Assembly: GCA_038821645.1 (NCBI GenBank)
Contig: JAWBDT010000017.1
Coordinates: 1 to 42,929, forward strand
Direction: 5' to 3'
DNA length: 42,929 bases
Origin: Ignisphaera sp.
GTDB lineage: Archaea > Thermoproteota > Thermoprotei_A > Sulfolobales > Ignisphaeraceae
Shown piece by piece: positions 19,352-29,388 of the stretch. Numbering within the stretch: the stretch's first letter is position 1; every line of letters starts with the position of its first letter. The notes below the pieces were generated by a model. It was given only the letters and a program-made list of their open reading frames with translations. It was not told the origin of the DNA and ran no database searches. The translations under genes were made by a program, and so were the position numbers.

Positions 19352-20191
19352 ATGCCCATGGAGAAGGTATTGGTTGTAGGTTTAGGTGAAGTTGGTTCAG
19401 CTATATACCACGTTATTAAAGGAGTTGGCAAGTTTAAGGTATATGGATATGATGTAGATCCCTCTAAATCAACTGATTCTCTTGAATCTATAGAGAAACC
19501 TGTAGATTATCTACATATAGCAATACCCTATACATCTAGTTTTATTGATATAGTTAAAGATTATGTAGAGATCTTTAAACCGAAAATAGTATTCATACAT
19601 TCAACTGTAGCTATTGGAACAACTAGAGCGCTACATGCTTCAGCAAAAACTATTGTAGCTTATACACCTATCAGAGGTAAACATCCAAACCTCGTTAAAC
19701 ACATTCTGTTCTGGAGTAAATGGATTGCCTCAATACCTACAGAGGAAATCGAGAAATGTGCTAAGCATTTACTTGAAGCAGGATTTAAGGTGAAGATGTA
19801 TAGAGGATCTCCAGAATCTCTAGAACTTGCAAAACTTTGGGAAACAGTCTATAGAGCTATAATGATTGCTTCATGGCAGGAGTTGCATAGAGTGGCAAAG
19901 AGGTTTGGTGTTGATATAGAGGTTGTAGCAGAATTTATTGGAGAGGTACATGAGGTTCTTAAGGATAGACCTATATACTATCCCAGCTATATAGGTGGTC
20001 ACTGTCTTATACCAAATACGAAGATACTAATGTCTCACTATCCATCGAAGCTCTTCGAATTTGTTCTAGAGTCTAATGAAAAGAGACTAAAGGAATTAAA
20101 TGATATTGAGGTGCTAAATGATATCGAGAAGATAAAGACTATAGCTAAAAAATACATGAACCTAGATTACTATGGAGGAAAAATAAAGTAA
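19352..20191 (+). CDS. Short nucleotide-sugar dehydrogenase (UDP-glucose/GDP-mannose/UDP-ManNAc DH family)
   Basis: GLGEVG Rossmann motif, HSTV, ELAKL and IGGHCL catalytic Cys. Lacks the usual C-terminal domain. Confidence 0.82.
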   Translation: MPMEKVLVVGLGEVGSAIYHVIKGVGKFKVYGYDVDPSKSTDSLESIEKPVDYLHIAIPYTSSFIDIVKDYVEIFKPKIVFIHSTVAIGTTRALHASAKTIVAYTPIRGKHPNLVKHILFWSKWIASIPTEEIEKCAKHLLEAGFKVKMYRGSPESLELAKLWETVYRAIMIASWQELHRVAKRFGVDIEVVAEFIGEVHEVLKDRPIYYPSYIGGHCLIPNTKILMSHYPSKLFEFVLESNEKRLKELNDIEVLNDIEKIKTIAKKYMNLDYYGGKIK

Positions 20192-21052
20192 CTACTCTTC
20201 TTTAGGTCTACTCACAATCTTCGTTAATGTTGTCAAGAGTTCTAGAGGAATAACTATCTTTGTTGATGGACTTTCAGCTATAGATCTTAAGACCTCTAGA
20301 TACTGAAGCAAGATAGCATTACTTCCAAGCTTCATAGCAGCCTCATTTATAAGCTCTAGAGATTTGGCTTTGCCTTCAGCAACAAGTATATTGTATTGCC
20401 TTTCACCTTCACCTTTTCTAATCAATGCTTCTCTCTGTCCATCAGCTTCAAGTATAGCTGCAGTTCTTTTACCTTCTGCTTCTGCAACCATAGCTCTTCT
20501 ATTCCTTTCAGCTGCCATCTGTTTAATCATTGCTTCCTGTACATCTTTTGGAGGCTTTATCTCCTTTATCTCTACTGAGGTAACCTTTATACCCCATCTA
20601 TCTGTAACTTCATCTAGTCTAGCTCTAAGAGTTGAATTTATGTATTCTCTTTTAGCTAAAACATCATCGAGAACCATATCACCTATAACAGCTCTAAGAG
20701 TTGTTATAGCTATACCTGTAGCTGCAGATACATAGTTCTGTACGGCTGTAACAGCTTTAACAGGATCGAATATCTTCATATATACCAGAAGATCTATATC
20801 TACTGGAGCATTATCTTTAGTGATACATGTCTGTGGAGGTATATCTATAACAAATTCCCTTAAATCAACATCAATACCTCTATCTATTAGAGGTAACAGA
20901 AAAACTAGGCCAGGTCCTTTTATAGACTCAAGTCTACCTAGTCTAAACACCACAAGCCTCTTGTATTCAGGTACAACCCTGATTCTCGGCAACACTATAG
21001 CGACAATTATAAGTATAAATAGTAATGCTATAGCTATAGTGATAGGATCCAA
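20192..21052 (-). CDS. SPFH/band 7 (stomatin-like) membrane protein
   Basis: N-terminal TM, VVFRLGR..KGPG, ITKDN, WGIKVTSVEIK, AERNRRA..AEG. Confidence 0.95.
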   Translation of the reverse strand: MDPITIAIALLFILIIVAIVLPRIRVVPEYKRLVVFRLGRLESIKGPGLVFLLPLIDRGIDVDLREFVIDIPPQTCITKDNAPVDIDLLVYMKIFDPVKAVTAVQNYVSAATGIAITTLRAVIGDMVLDDVLAKREYINSTLRARLDEVTDRWGIKVTSVEIKEIKPPKDVQEAMIKQMAAERNRRAMVAEAEGKRTAAILEADGQREALIRKGEGERQYNILVAEGKAKSLELINEAAMKLGSNAILLQYLEVLRSIAESPSTKIVIPLELLTTLTKIVSRPKEE

Positions 21053-21095
21053 GATCTACACCTCAGCATAACAATATAGTTCAGATATTTATGTC

Positions 21096-22367
21096 TTAAT
21101 CGATTTTTTCTACATAGAGCTTTAAACCATCTATACGAACAATCTTTACTCTAGATCCTGCTGGAATTACTCCCCTAACTGAATATGCAGTCCATTCCTC
21201 ATTTAATACATATACTACACCAGGATTTTCCTCACGTATATCAGTTTTAGCTATACCTATTGATGATAGGAGTTGTTGTTCTAAAGAGATTCTCTTCTTT
21301 CTAACAGTCTGTACAGCTTTATACGCTATATATCCCATGATCGATATAATCGCTAAGATACCTCCGATAACGACGTAGACTGGTTGAGTTAGTAACTCTG
21401 GTGGAGTTAGATACAGCTGGTATACAATACCTATAGGCAGAAGCACAAGACCTGTTAATCCAAAAAGACCGAAACCTGGTGTATACATCTCTATAGCTAA
21501 TAGTATCGTTCCAATCAACATAACAAGTAGCGCAAATAGATTAGGTGAAACAACATTCATAGAATATAGAGCTAGAAGAATCAAAAGAACACCAGCAATA
21601 GCATAACCCTGAAAACCTGTTGTAAATATCTCGGCCAATATCAGGAATAAACCAGCAACTAGAAGGATATTCGATACTATTGGTAGTGATAGAATCGATA
21701 AAAGTCTATCCCATTGAGATGGAGATACCACATGTGATACTCTAACACCTATAGAATCCTCAATCTCTTTAACAGATTCAGCTCTTTTCGCAAAACCTAT
21801 AGATACAGCTTCTTCAGCTGTTAGAGCTCTTCCTTCTCTAACCATAGCTTCTGCAACATCTACAAGCTCCTTTCTATCAAATATTCTTTCAGCAAGAGAT
21901 CTAAATCTAGCAGCAACATATTCTACAACCTTAGGTTCAGAAGGGCTAGGAGTAGCAGCACCAATAACAGAACCAGAACCCATATATATACCTCTACACC
22001 CTAGAGCAATCATGGATGCAGCTGAAACAGCATAACCACCTGGAGGTATCCATGTATAACACTCTATATTTCTCTCTAGAATATCGTTCACAATTCTATC
22101 AGCAACAGATAGATACCCACCATAACTATTAATCTTTAGTACAAGAACATTACCTCTATAGCTATTCAAAACTCTTTCCCAAAAAACAAGAGCACCACCG
22201 TCAACATTTATATCAAAGTCCACTACAACAGCGTTAAAGTTACTAGATCCATAGATAGACATAGCGTGTATGGAGAGTAGAGGTATGTAAATGGCTAGAA
22301 TAATGTGGAGAATTATCAAGAGAGATCTATTTCGTGTGATTCTCATGAAACAACGTACCTCGATCAA
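21096..22367 (-). CDS. nfeD: NfeD (long form) membrane-bound serine protease, stomatin operon partner
   Basis: INSYGG, AVSAA, IGAATP ClpP-like domain, TM region and C-terminal OB fold (GVVYVLNEEWTA). Probable start is ATG 22346. Confidence 0.9.
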   Translation of the reverse strand: MIEVRCFMRITRNRSLLIILHIILAIYIPLLSIHAMSIYGSSNFNAVVVDFDINVDGGALVFWERVLNSYRGNVLVLKINSYGGYLSVADRIVNDILERNIECYTWIPPGGYAVSAASMIALGCRGIYMGSGSVIGAATPSPSEPKVVEYVAARFRSLAERIFDRKELVDVAEAMVREGRALTAEEAVSIGFAKRAESVKEIEDSIGVRVSHVVSPSQWDRLLSILSLPIVSNILLVAGLFLILAEIFTTGFQGYAIAGVLLILLALYSMNVVSPNLFALLVMLIGTILLAIEMYTPGFGLFGLTGLVLLPIGIVYQLYLTPPELLTQPVYVVIGGILAIISIMGYIAYKAVQTVRKKRISLEQQLLSSIGIAKTDIREENPGVVYVLNEEWTAYSVRGVIPAGSRVKIVRIDGLKLYVEKID

Positions 22368-22536
22368 TCCATGTACTGTGTATACAGTATATAAACTATC
22401 AAAATCATGGTAAAACCACTAACGACAAATAATTCAATTCTATAGATATAGAGAAACCTTCGACTACTAGTCGCATCCTCTAGTCAAACTAGTTTAGCAT
22501 CAAATCCCAATATCTTCACGAAATGGGTGAACCTCT

Positions 22537-23367
22537 ATGAAGAAACCCCTAAATAGAAAAGGTATCGTAGGTATAGAAGCAGCTATAGTAATGATAGCAT
22601 TCGTTATTGTAGCAGCAGCATTAGCATTCGTAGTACTAAACATGGGATTCTTCACAACTCAGCAAACTAGGCAAGTAATTCAGAGAGGTTTAGGTCAATC
22701 AGCATCAGCACTAGAAGTAGATGGAACACTTGTAGCTAATGTAGATGTATCTCAATCCAGGATACAGTTCGTCTATGTACCTATAAAACTCTCTACAGGT
22801 CAATACGTAGTAGATCTAACACCAGGTAAATCTATAGTTGCATACTGGAGTCCACAAAGAGGAATATCAATAGCAAACACCTATCTAGCAGCAATACTAA
22901 CACCAATAGATACACCACAAAAACTAGCAAATATAACAAAAGCATTAATAAATGAGGAGGATATCACAATTAGTGGTAGGAAGGGAGAAGTAAAGACATA
23001 CTATGCAACTTGTAATGAACAAGAAGGATGCACAATAAACATAGACGAGGTGCCTGGGGGTTATAAGATATTGATAGCTCTTCCAGATGATGTTGACAAT
23101 GATGGCATTACGTTGAAGGACTTCTTTAGAAGGTTTACTGGTGGTGAGGTTGTTACTGTTATGGCTTGGCTCACCAAGATAAATGAGGATATAGTGCTTG
23201 ATCCTGGTGAAAAAGTACTTATGCTAACATACTATAATTCAAGTAACTCTATGCCTCAGAGTTACGATATTGTTAAATTTGAGATTAGAGTACCTATAGG
23301 AGCTCCTTTAACGATAGAGAGAAGTGTGCCACCAAGCTTAACACAAGGTGTTGTAGATCTAGGTTAG
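22537..23367 (+). CDS. flaB: Archaellin (FlaB/ArlB family)
   Basis: Class III signal peptide RKG|IVGIEAAIVMIAFVIVAAALAFVVLNMG and conserved C-terminal LDPGEK...EIRVPIGAPLTIER. GGTGA SD 6 nt upstream. Confidence 0.92.
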   Translation: MKKPLNRKGIVGIEAAIVMIAFVIVAAALAFVVLNMGFFTTQQTRQVIQRGLGQSASALEVDGTLVANVDVSQSRIQFVYVPIKLSTGQYVVDLTPGKSIVAYWSPQRGISIANTYLAAILTPIDTPQKLANITKALINEEDITISGRKGEVKTYYATCNEQEGCTINIDEVPGGYKILIALPDDVDNDGITLKDFFRRFTGGEVVTVMAWLTKINEDIVLDPGEKVLMLTYYNSSNSMPQSYDIVKFEIRVPIGAPLTIERSVPPSLTQGVVDLG

Positions 23368-23387
23368 AGATAGTGTAGATAAAGATC

Positions 23388-23428
23388 TTTTTATTTAATA
23401 TAATATTTATTTTTTTATTATTTTTATT
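23388..23428 (+). terminator. Probable oligo-T archaeal terminator after the archaellin gene
   Basis: Several T5-T7 runs starting about 20 nt after the stop codon. Confidence 0.5.
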
Positions 23429-23554
23429 GTGTATGTTCTTGGTTTCAGTAGTTTTGGATCTATTTATCTAGCTTAATAGGTTTAGTGTCTTTGAGATAGC
23501 TCCTTAGTGTTTATCTATGTAGGTGTTATTGTTGTAGAGGTGTTTTGGTTGTGG

Positions 23555-24442
23555 TTATTGTTTGGTTTTAGTGTTCTGTTTATTTATAGTATCTATTATG
23601 TATTTTGTTATGTTTGGATAGTCTTTATCTCCATAGTTGTGTAGTGTTGCTTCTAGATATCTATGCATTGCTGCTGCTGTTATTGGGGTATTCAGTTTCT
23701 TTATTCTTGCAGATTCTATAAAGCTTTGTAGATCTTTTGCTGCTAATTCTATTCTGAATCTTGGTGGATGTTCTTCTAGAGCTCTTTTCATGAATCTACT
23801 TAGTATAGGTTCCATCCATGTCCCTTTAACAAGTTCTTCAAGTAGTGAGTAGTCTATTTCATTGATCTTCAAAAACGAGAGAGTTTCTGCTAGTGTAGCC
23901 ACTATAACCATATTTAGCTGGTTTAGAGCTAGTTTAAGTGCCATTGCTTTAGGTATGTTTCCTACATACATGATTTTTTTGGATATAGATGATAAGAACT
24001 GTTTAACATTTTCATTAATATTCTTATTGCTTGCAACTATAGCCACTAGTCTTCCTTCTAGAACTTCTGATACACTTCCATACACAGGGCTCTCTACATA
24101 GTTTCCTCCATTAGCTTCAATAACTCTATATATTCTTTCTGATACTGCTGTTGATACTGTTGACATATTGACTATATCTTTTCCTCTACTTGAATCAGCA
24201 AAACCATTTGGTGGAAACACTACATCTATTAACGCATTATCATCTGCAACAAATATAGCAGTAATATCTGATGAGCTACAGCATTCTCTAGGAGTTTCAG
24301 CTACTTTTGCATTTATTTCGTCTGCAAGTCTATACGCTTTATCAATAGTTCTATTGTATAGTATAACATTGTATCCACTATTCCTAAGCCTTTTAGCGAG
24401 AGCAGAACCCATTAAGCCTAAACCAATAACACACACATTCAT
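23555..24442 (-). CDS. NAD(P)-dependent beta-hydroxyacid dehydrogenase (3-hydroxyisobutyrate/6PGD family)
   Basis: IGLGLMG, YNRT, NMSTVS, ESPVYG, LKLALN, FxIELAAKDL. Confidence 0.9.
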   Translation of the reverse strand: MNVCVIGLGLMGSALAKRLRNSGYNVILYNRTIDKAYRLADEINAKVAETPRECCSSSDITAIFVADDNALIDVVFPPNGFADSSRGKDIVNMSTVSTAVSERIYRVIEANGGNYVESPVYGSVSEVLEGRLVAIVASNKNINENVKQFLSSISKKIMYVGNIPKAMALKLALNQLNMVIVATLAETLSFLKINEIDYSLLEELVKGTWMEPILSRFMKRALEEHPPRFRIELAAKDLQSFIESARIKKLNTPITAAAMHRYLEATLHNYGDKDYPNITKYIIDTINKQNTKTKQ

Positions 24443-24497
24443 ATATCTTTACCCACTTCTTAGTTTGCAAAGAAGAAGTATATAGTTCTTGTTGTCT

Positions 24498-24547
24498 TCA
24501 GCGTTTGCACCGTTCATCATTTTTCAGACCCAGGTTCAAAACATCAT
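24498..24547 (-). ncRNA. Box C/D 2'-O-methylation guide sRNA
   Basis: Minus strand reads ATGATGT(C)-tttgaacctgggt-CTGA(D')-aaa-ATGATGA(C')-acggtgcaaacg-CTGA(D). Confidence 0.88.
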
Positions 24548-24642
24548 CTACTAAACATAATTCAATGAAATATAGATATATCCTTAACTAAAACATTTTG
24601 AAACTTATAGAGAATTTGAACACCACTACTCTTTAGAAAGCT

Positions 24643-26301
24643 CTATTCCCTAAATACAGCACCTGTATATGATGATGTAACAAGCTCTGAGTATCTCTTT
24701 AGATAGCCCTTAAACCTTATTTTAGCAGGTTTCCATTTCTTGAATCTTTCATTCAATTCATCTTCATCTACTAATAAATCGACTTTCTTCATCTTCAAAT
24801 CTATTCTTATCCTATCACCATTCTCCACAACAGCTATAGGACCTCCTTCAGCTGCTTCAGGTGATACATGACCTATAGAGATACCTCTAGTAGCTCCAGA
24901 GAATCTTCCATCTGTTATAAGAGCTACATCTCTATCGAGATTCATACCAACGAGAACAGATGTGGCAGTCAGCATTTCTCTCATCCCTGGCCCTCCTTTA
25001 GGTCCTTCATATCTTATCACAACTACATCACCTTTTTCAACTTTCCCATTAAGAATATCCGCTACTGCTTCTTCTTCTGAATTATAGACTTTTGCTACAC
25101 CATCGAAGAAGTAAAGGTTCTCCGGTAGAGCTGAAACTTTTATAACAGCACCAAGGGGTGCTAAAGAACCTTTTAGAATCATTATGCCTCCTCTCGGTAG
25201 TATGGGATTTTCTATAGGTCTAATTACATCTCTACGCATAACCTCTGCACCATCTATTATCTCCCCAATAGTTTTTAGAGCTACAGTTAAACGATCTCTA
25301 TGTATGAGCCCCTTCTTATCAAGTTCTTTCATAACTGCAGCTACACCTCCAGCTTCATGGAGATCCTGTATGTGGTGATGTCCAGCAGGGCTAAGCTTAG
25401 CTAATGTAGGTGTGATTTCACTAACTCTATCGAAATCATCTAGATCTAGGTTAATCTCGCATTCTTTAGCTATAGCCATTAGGTGTAGAACGGTATTTGT
25501 TGATCCACCTAAAGCCATATCGACTGCTATAGCATCTAGAAAAGCCTCTCTAGTCAGTATATCTCTAGGTTTTATGTTTTTCTCAACAAGTTTCACAATA
25601 TTCATACCGGTAATTTTGGCAAGCCTTATTCTAGCAGCATCTACAGCAGGTATCGTTCCATTACCAGGTAGAGATATACCTAGAGCTTCGGTCAATATGT
25701 TTAGTGTATTGGCTGTGAACATTCCTGCACATGATCCTACACCAGGACATGCAGCTTCTTCTATCTGCTTCAGCTCATCTAAAGAAATTTTGCCTATCTT
25801 TACTGCTCCAACGGCTTCGAAGACATCGTGTAGATCAATATCTCTACCTCTATATCTTCCGGCAAGCATAGGTCCACCTGATATGAATATTGATGGTATA
25901 TTCAGTCTAGCTATAGCCATGAGCATACCTGGTATGATTTTATCGCATGATGCTATAAGGACCAAACCATCGAATTGATAGGCTTTAGCCATAACCTCTA
26001 TGCTATCAGCTATAAGCTCTCTCGATGGTAAAGAATACTTCATCCCTTCGTGACCCATAGCTATACCATCACATATACCTATAGTGTTGAACTCTAGAGG
26101 TGTTCCACCAGCAAGTCTTACACCGATTTTCACAGCTTCAGCGATCTGGTTAAGGTGTTTATGTCCAGGTATAACTTCGTTCCACGAGTTTGCTATACCT
26201 ATTAAAGGCTTCTCTATCTCTTCGTCAGTTAGACCTAAAGCTTTGAATAGAGATCTGTGAGGAGCTCTCTCAATACCTTTCTTTACAACATTGCTTCTCA
26301 T
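24643..26301 (-). CDS. ilvD: Dihydroxy-acid dehydratase
   Basis: [49 protein letters not shown]. Confidence 0.97.
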   Translation of the reverse strand: MRSNVVKKGIERAPHRSLFKALGLTDEEIEKPLIGIANSWNEVIPGHKHLNQIAEAVKIGVRLAGGTPLEFNTIGICDGIAMGHEGMKYSLPSRELIADSIEVMAKAYQFDGLVLIASCDKIIPGMLMAIARLNIPSIFISGGPMLAGRYRGRDIDLHDVFEAVGAVKIGKISLDELKQIEEAACPGVGSCAGMFTANTLNILTEALGISLPGNGTIPAVDAARIRLAKITGMNIVKLVEKNIKPRDILTREAFLDAIAVDMALGGSTNTVLHLMAIAKECEINLDLDDFDRVSEITPTLAKLSPAGHHHIQDLHEAGGVAAVMKELDKKGLIHRDRLTVALKTIGEIIDGAEVMRRDVIRPIENPILPRGGIMILKGSLAPLGAVIKVSALPENLYFFDGVAKVYNSEEEAVADILNGKVEKGDVVVIRYEGPKGGPGMREMLTATSVLVGMNLDRDVALITDGRFSGATRGISIGHVSPEAAEGGPIAVVENGDRIRIDLKMKKVDLLVDEDELNERFKKWKPAKIRFKGYLKRYSELVTSSYTGAVFRE

Positions 26302-26333
26302 GGATAATCACCTAACAATATCTACTGTTACGA

Positions 26334-27911
26334 TTAAGGAGCTAGGAAATTAAAACTCTGTTTACCAAAGATAGGTAGTTGTTGACTCTTTTTCGAGATA
26401 GCTAAAAAATATTCATAGGCGTCAACAAGGCCTCTAATGAATGCTTCTATAACATTTATGGACACGCCTTGAGCAGACCATCTGTAGTTATTGTATCCTA
26501 CTTCTACTGTAACTCTAAAGAGACCACCGTTTAGCGTAGATATAGAGGAATTTATGAGCTTTATACCAGATGTTGAGGGATACACTATTGATGCAGCTTC
26601 AGAAAACGCTCTAGCTACAGCCTTAACTACATCTACATCTATAGCTCTAGCATTAACGTTTTTGATATCAACTACAGCTACACTTAAGCCACTTGAGTCA
26701 AGAAATACGCGCCAGCTATAGGGGGTTAGTGTTTCTTCAACATATCCAAGCTCCTTCAAAGCAATTAGTATAGCTGATGCTGGCGCTATATCGAAACTAT
26801 AACCGAATTTCTCAAGTTCTTTAATCTTTGATAAAGCGCTTCTAACTCTGGAATCCTTCTTATCCACATCTATACCTATCTCCTTAAGGATAGCGACAAT
26901 ATTTGAGCTACCTGATAGATCTGATAGAACGAACCTTCGTGTATTTCCCACAGCCTCTGGATCTATATGTTCATAAGCTCGCGGATTCTTTAGAACAGCA
27001 TCCACATGGACCCCAGCTTTGTGGGCAAAAGCGTAGTCACCTACATATGGTTGATAGGGGTTAGGCTTCATATTAAGTATCTCATAGACTAGTTTGGACA
27101 TTGTTTTCAATTTTTTGATTGATTCAACACCATTTAGTACCCTCATATTCAATTTATAGAATAGTGTTGGTATGATTTGCACAAGATCGGCATTACCCGT
27201 TCTTTCACCAATACCATTTATTGTACCTTGAACATGTCTAGCACCAGCTACTACACCAACAATAGTATTTGCAACAGCACAACCAATATCGTTATGCATA
27301 TGTAGTCCTACAGGTATTTTAACTATGGATACAACTTTACGGGTTATTTCATAGACCTCTAAAGGTGTTGTACCACCATTTGTGTCGCAGAGAACTACAG
27401 TTTGTGCACCAGCTCCTTCAGCAGTCCTAAGTGTCTCTAAACTGTATTCAGGATCTTCTTTGTATCCTTGATAGAAGTGTTCAGCATCGAATATCACCTT
27501 AATTCCATGGCTCTTTAGATAGTTAATGGTATCATATATCATCTCCAGGTTCTCTTCCTTAGAGGCATGCAGAATTTCGTATACGTGCAGAGACCAGCTT
27601 TTCCCAAAAATTACAGCAAAATCTACATCTGCTTTCAATATAGCCTTAACATTTTCATCTTCATAGACCTTAGAATTCTTTTTTCGTGTACTTCCAAAAG
27701 CAGCTATTTTTGCATGTGATAGACTATATCTTTTTATCACATTGAAGAATTCTGCATCTTTTGGATTAGATCCAGGCCATCCCGCTTCTATATAGTCTAC
27801 ACCTAGATCATCAAGAGCTAGCGCAATCTTTATCTTGTCTTCAACTGTTAGAGAGATACCGCTAGCTTGCGAACCGTCTCTAAGTGTTGTATCCAGTATT
27901 TCAACGGATTT
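26334..27911 (-). CDS. cimA: Citramalate synthase (LeuA family) with anomalous 5' end
   Basis: The frame continues upstream of the ORF-track start as KSVEILDTTLRDGSQ...YIEAGWPGSNPKD until an in-frame TAG at 27914-27912. DAEHF, LCDTNGG, HMHND and FAHKAGVH are typical of CimA. Confidence 0.85.
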   Translation of the reverse strand, partial: KSVEILDTTLRDGSQASGISLTVEDKIKIALALDDLGVDYIEAGWPGSNPKDAEFFNVIKRYSLSHAKIAAFGSTRKKNSKVYEDENVKAILKADVDFAVIFGKSWSLHVYEILHASKEENLEMIYDTINYLKSHGIKVIFDAEHFYQGYKEDPEYSLETLRTAEGAGAQTVVLCDTNGGTTPLEVYEITRKVVSIVKIPVGLHMHNDIGCAVANTIVGVVAGARHVQGTINGIGERTGNADLVQIIPTLFYKLNMRVLNGVESIKKLKTMSKLVYEILNMKPNPYQPYVGDYAFAHKAGVHVDAVLKNPRAYEHIDPEAVGNTRRFVLSDLSGSSNIVAILKEIGIDVDKKDSRVRSALSKIKELEKFGYSFDIAPASAILIALKELGYVEETLTPYSWRVFLDSSGLSVAVVDIKNVNARAIDVDVVKAVARAFSEAASIVYPSTSGIKLINSSISTLNGGLFRVTVEVGYNNYRWSAQGVSINVIEAFIRGLVDAYEYFLAISKKSQQLPIFGKQSFNFLAP

Positions 27912-27956
27912 CTAAACCACCAACCACCTACTACACCGAACCCAAAAATATTGCAG

Positions 27957-27970
27957 AAGTTTAAAAACTT
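27957..27970 (-). promoter_or_regulatory. BRE/TATA promoter of cimA-ilvD
   Basis: Minus strand AAAG-TTTTTAAA, about 55 nt upstream of the conserved cimA N-terminus. Confidence 0.55.
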
Positions 27971-28025
27971 TATGTAGGATTATTGAATATAATATTGTAT
28001 AAACAGGTATAAAGGTCACATGCAT

Positions 28026-29365
<1,340 letters not shown>

Positions 29366-29388
<23 letters not shown>

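Noticed and set aside
20192-22367. NfeD-stomatin pair as a novel system
   Set aside because: This is a well-known conserved operon.
24528-24540. tRNA T-loop-like sequence on the plus strand
   Set aside because: No cloverleaf forms around it, and it is explained as the antisense of a C/D guide.
25184-25978. Long antisense ORFs over ilvD, and similar ones over hisF, hisG, hel308, stomatin, PDO and the TGT-like gene
   Set aside because: They are shadow frames opposite well-conserved genes, with Ser/Ile-rich antisense composition and no motifs.
26334-27740. ORF-track start of cimA at 27740
   Set aside because: Starting there would delete the catalytic DTTLRDG and IEAGWP motifs that are present in frame upstream.
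27912-27914. Pyrrolysine decoding of the cimA in-frame TAG
   Set aside because: No pyl genes are in the window, and TAG serves as the normal stop for several genes here (e.g. tes, flaB, leuS).
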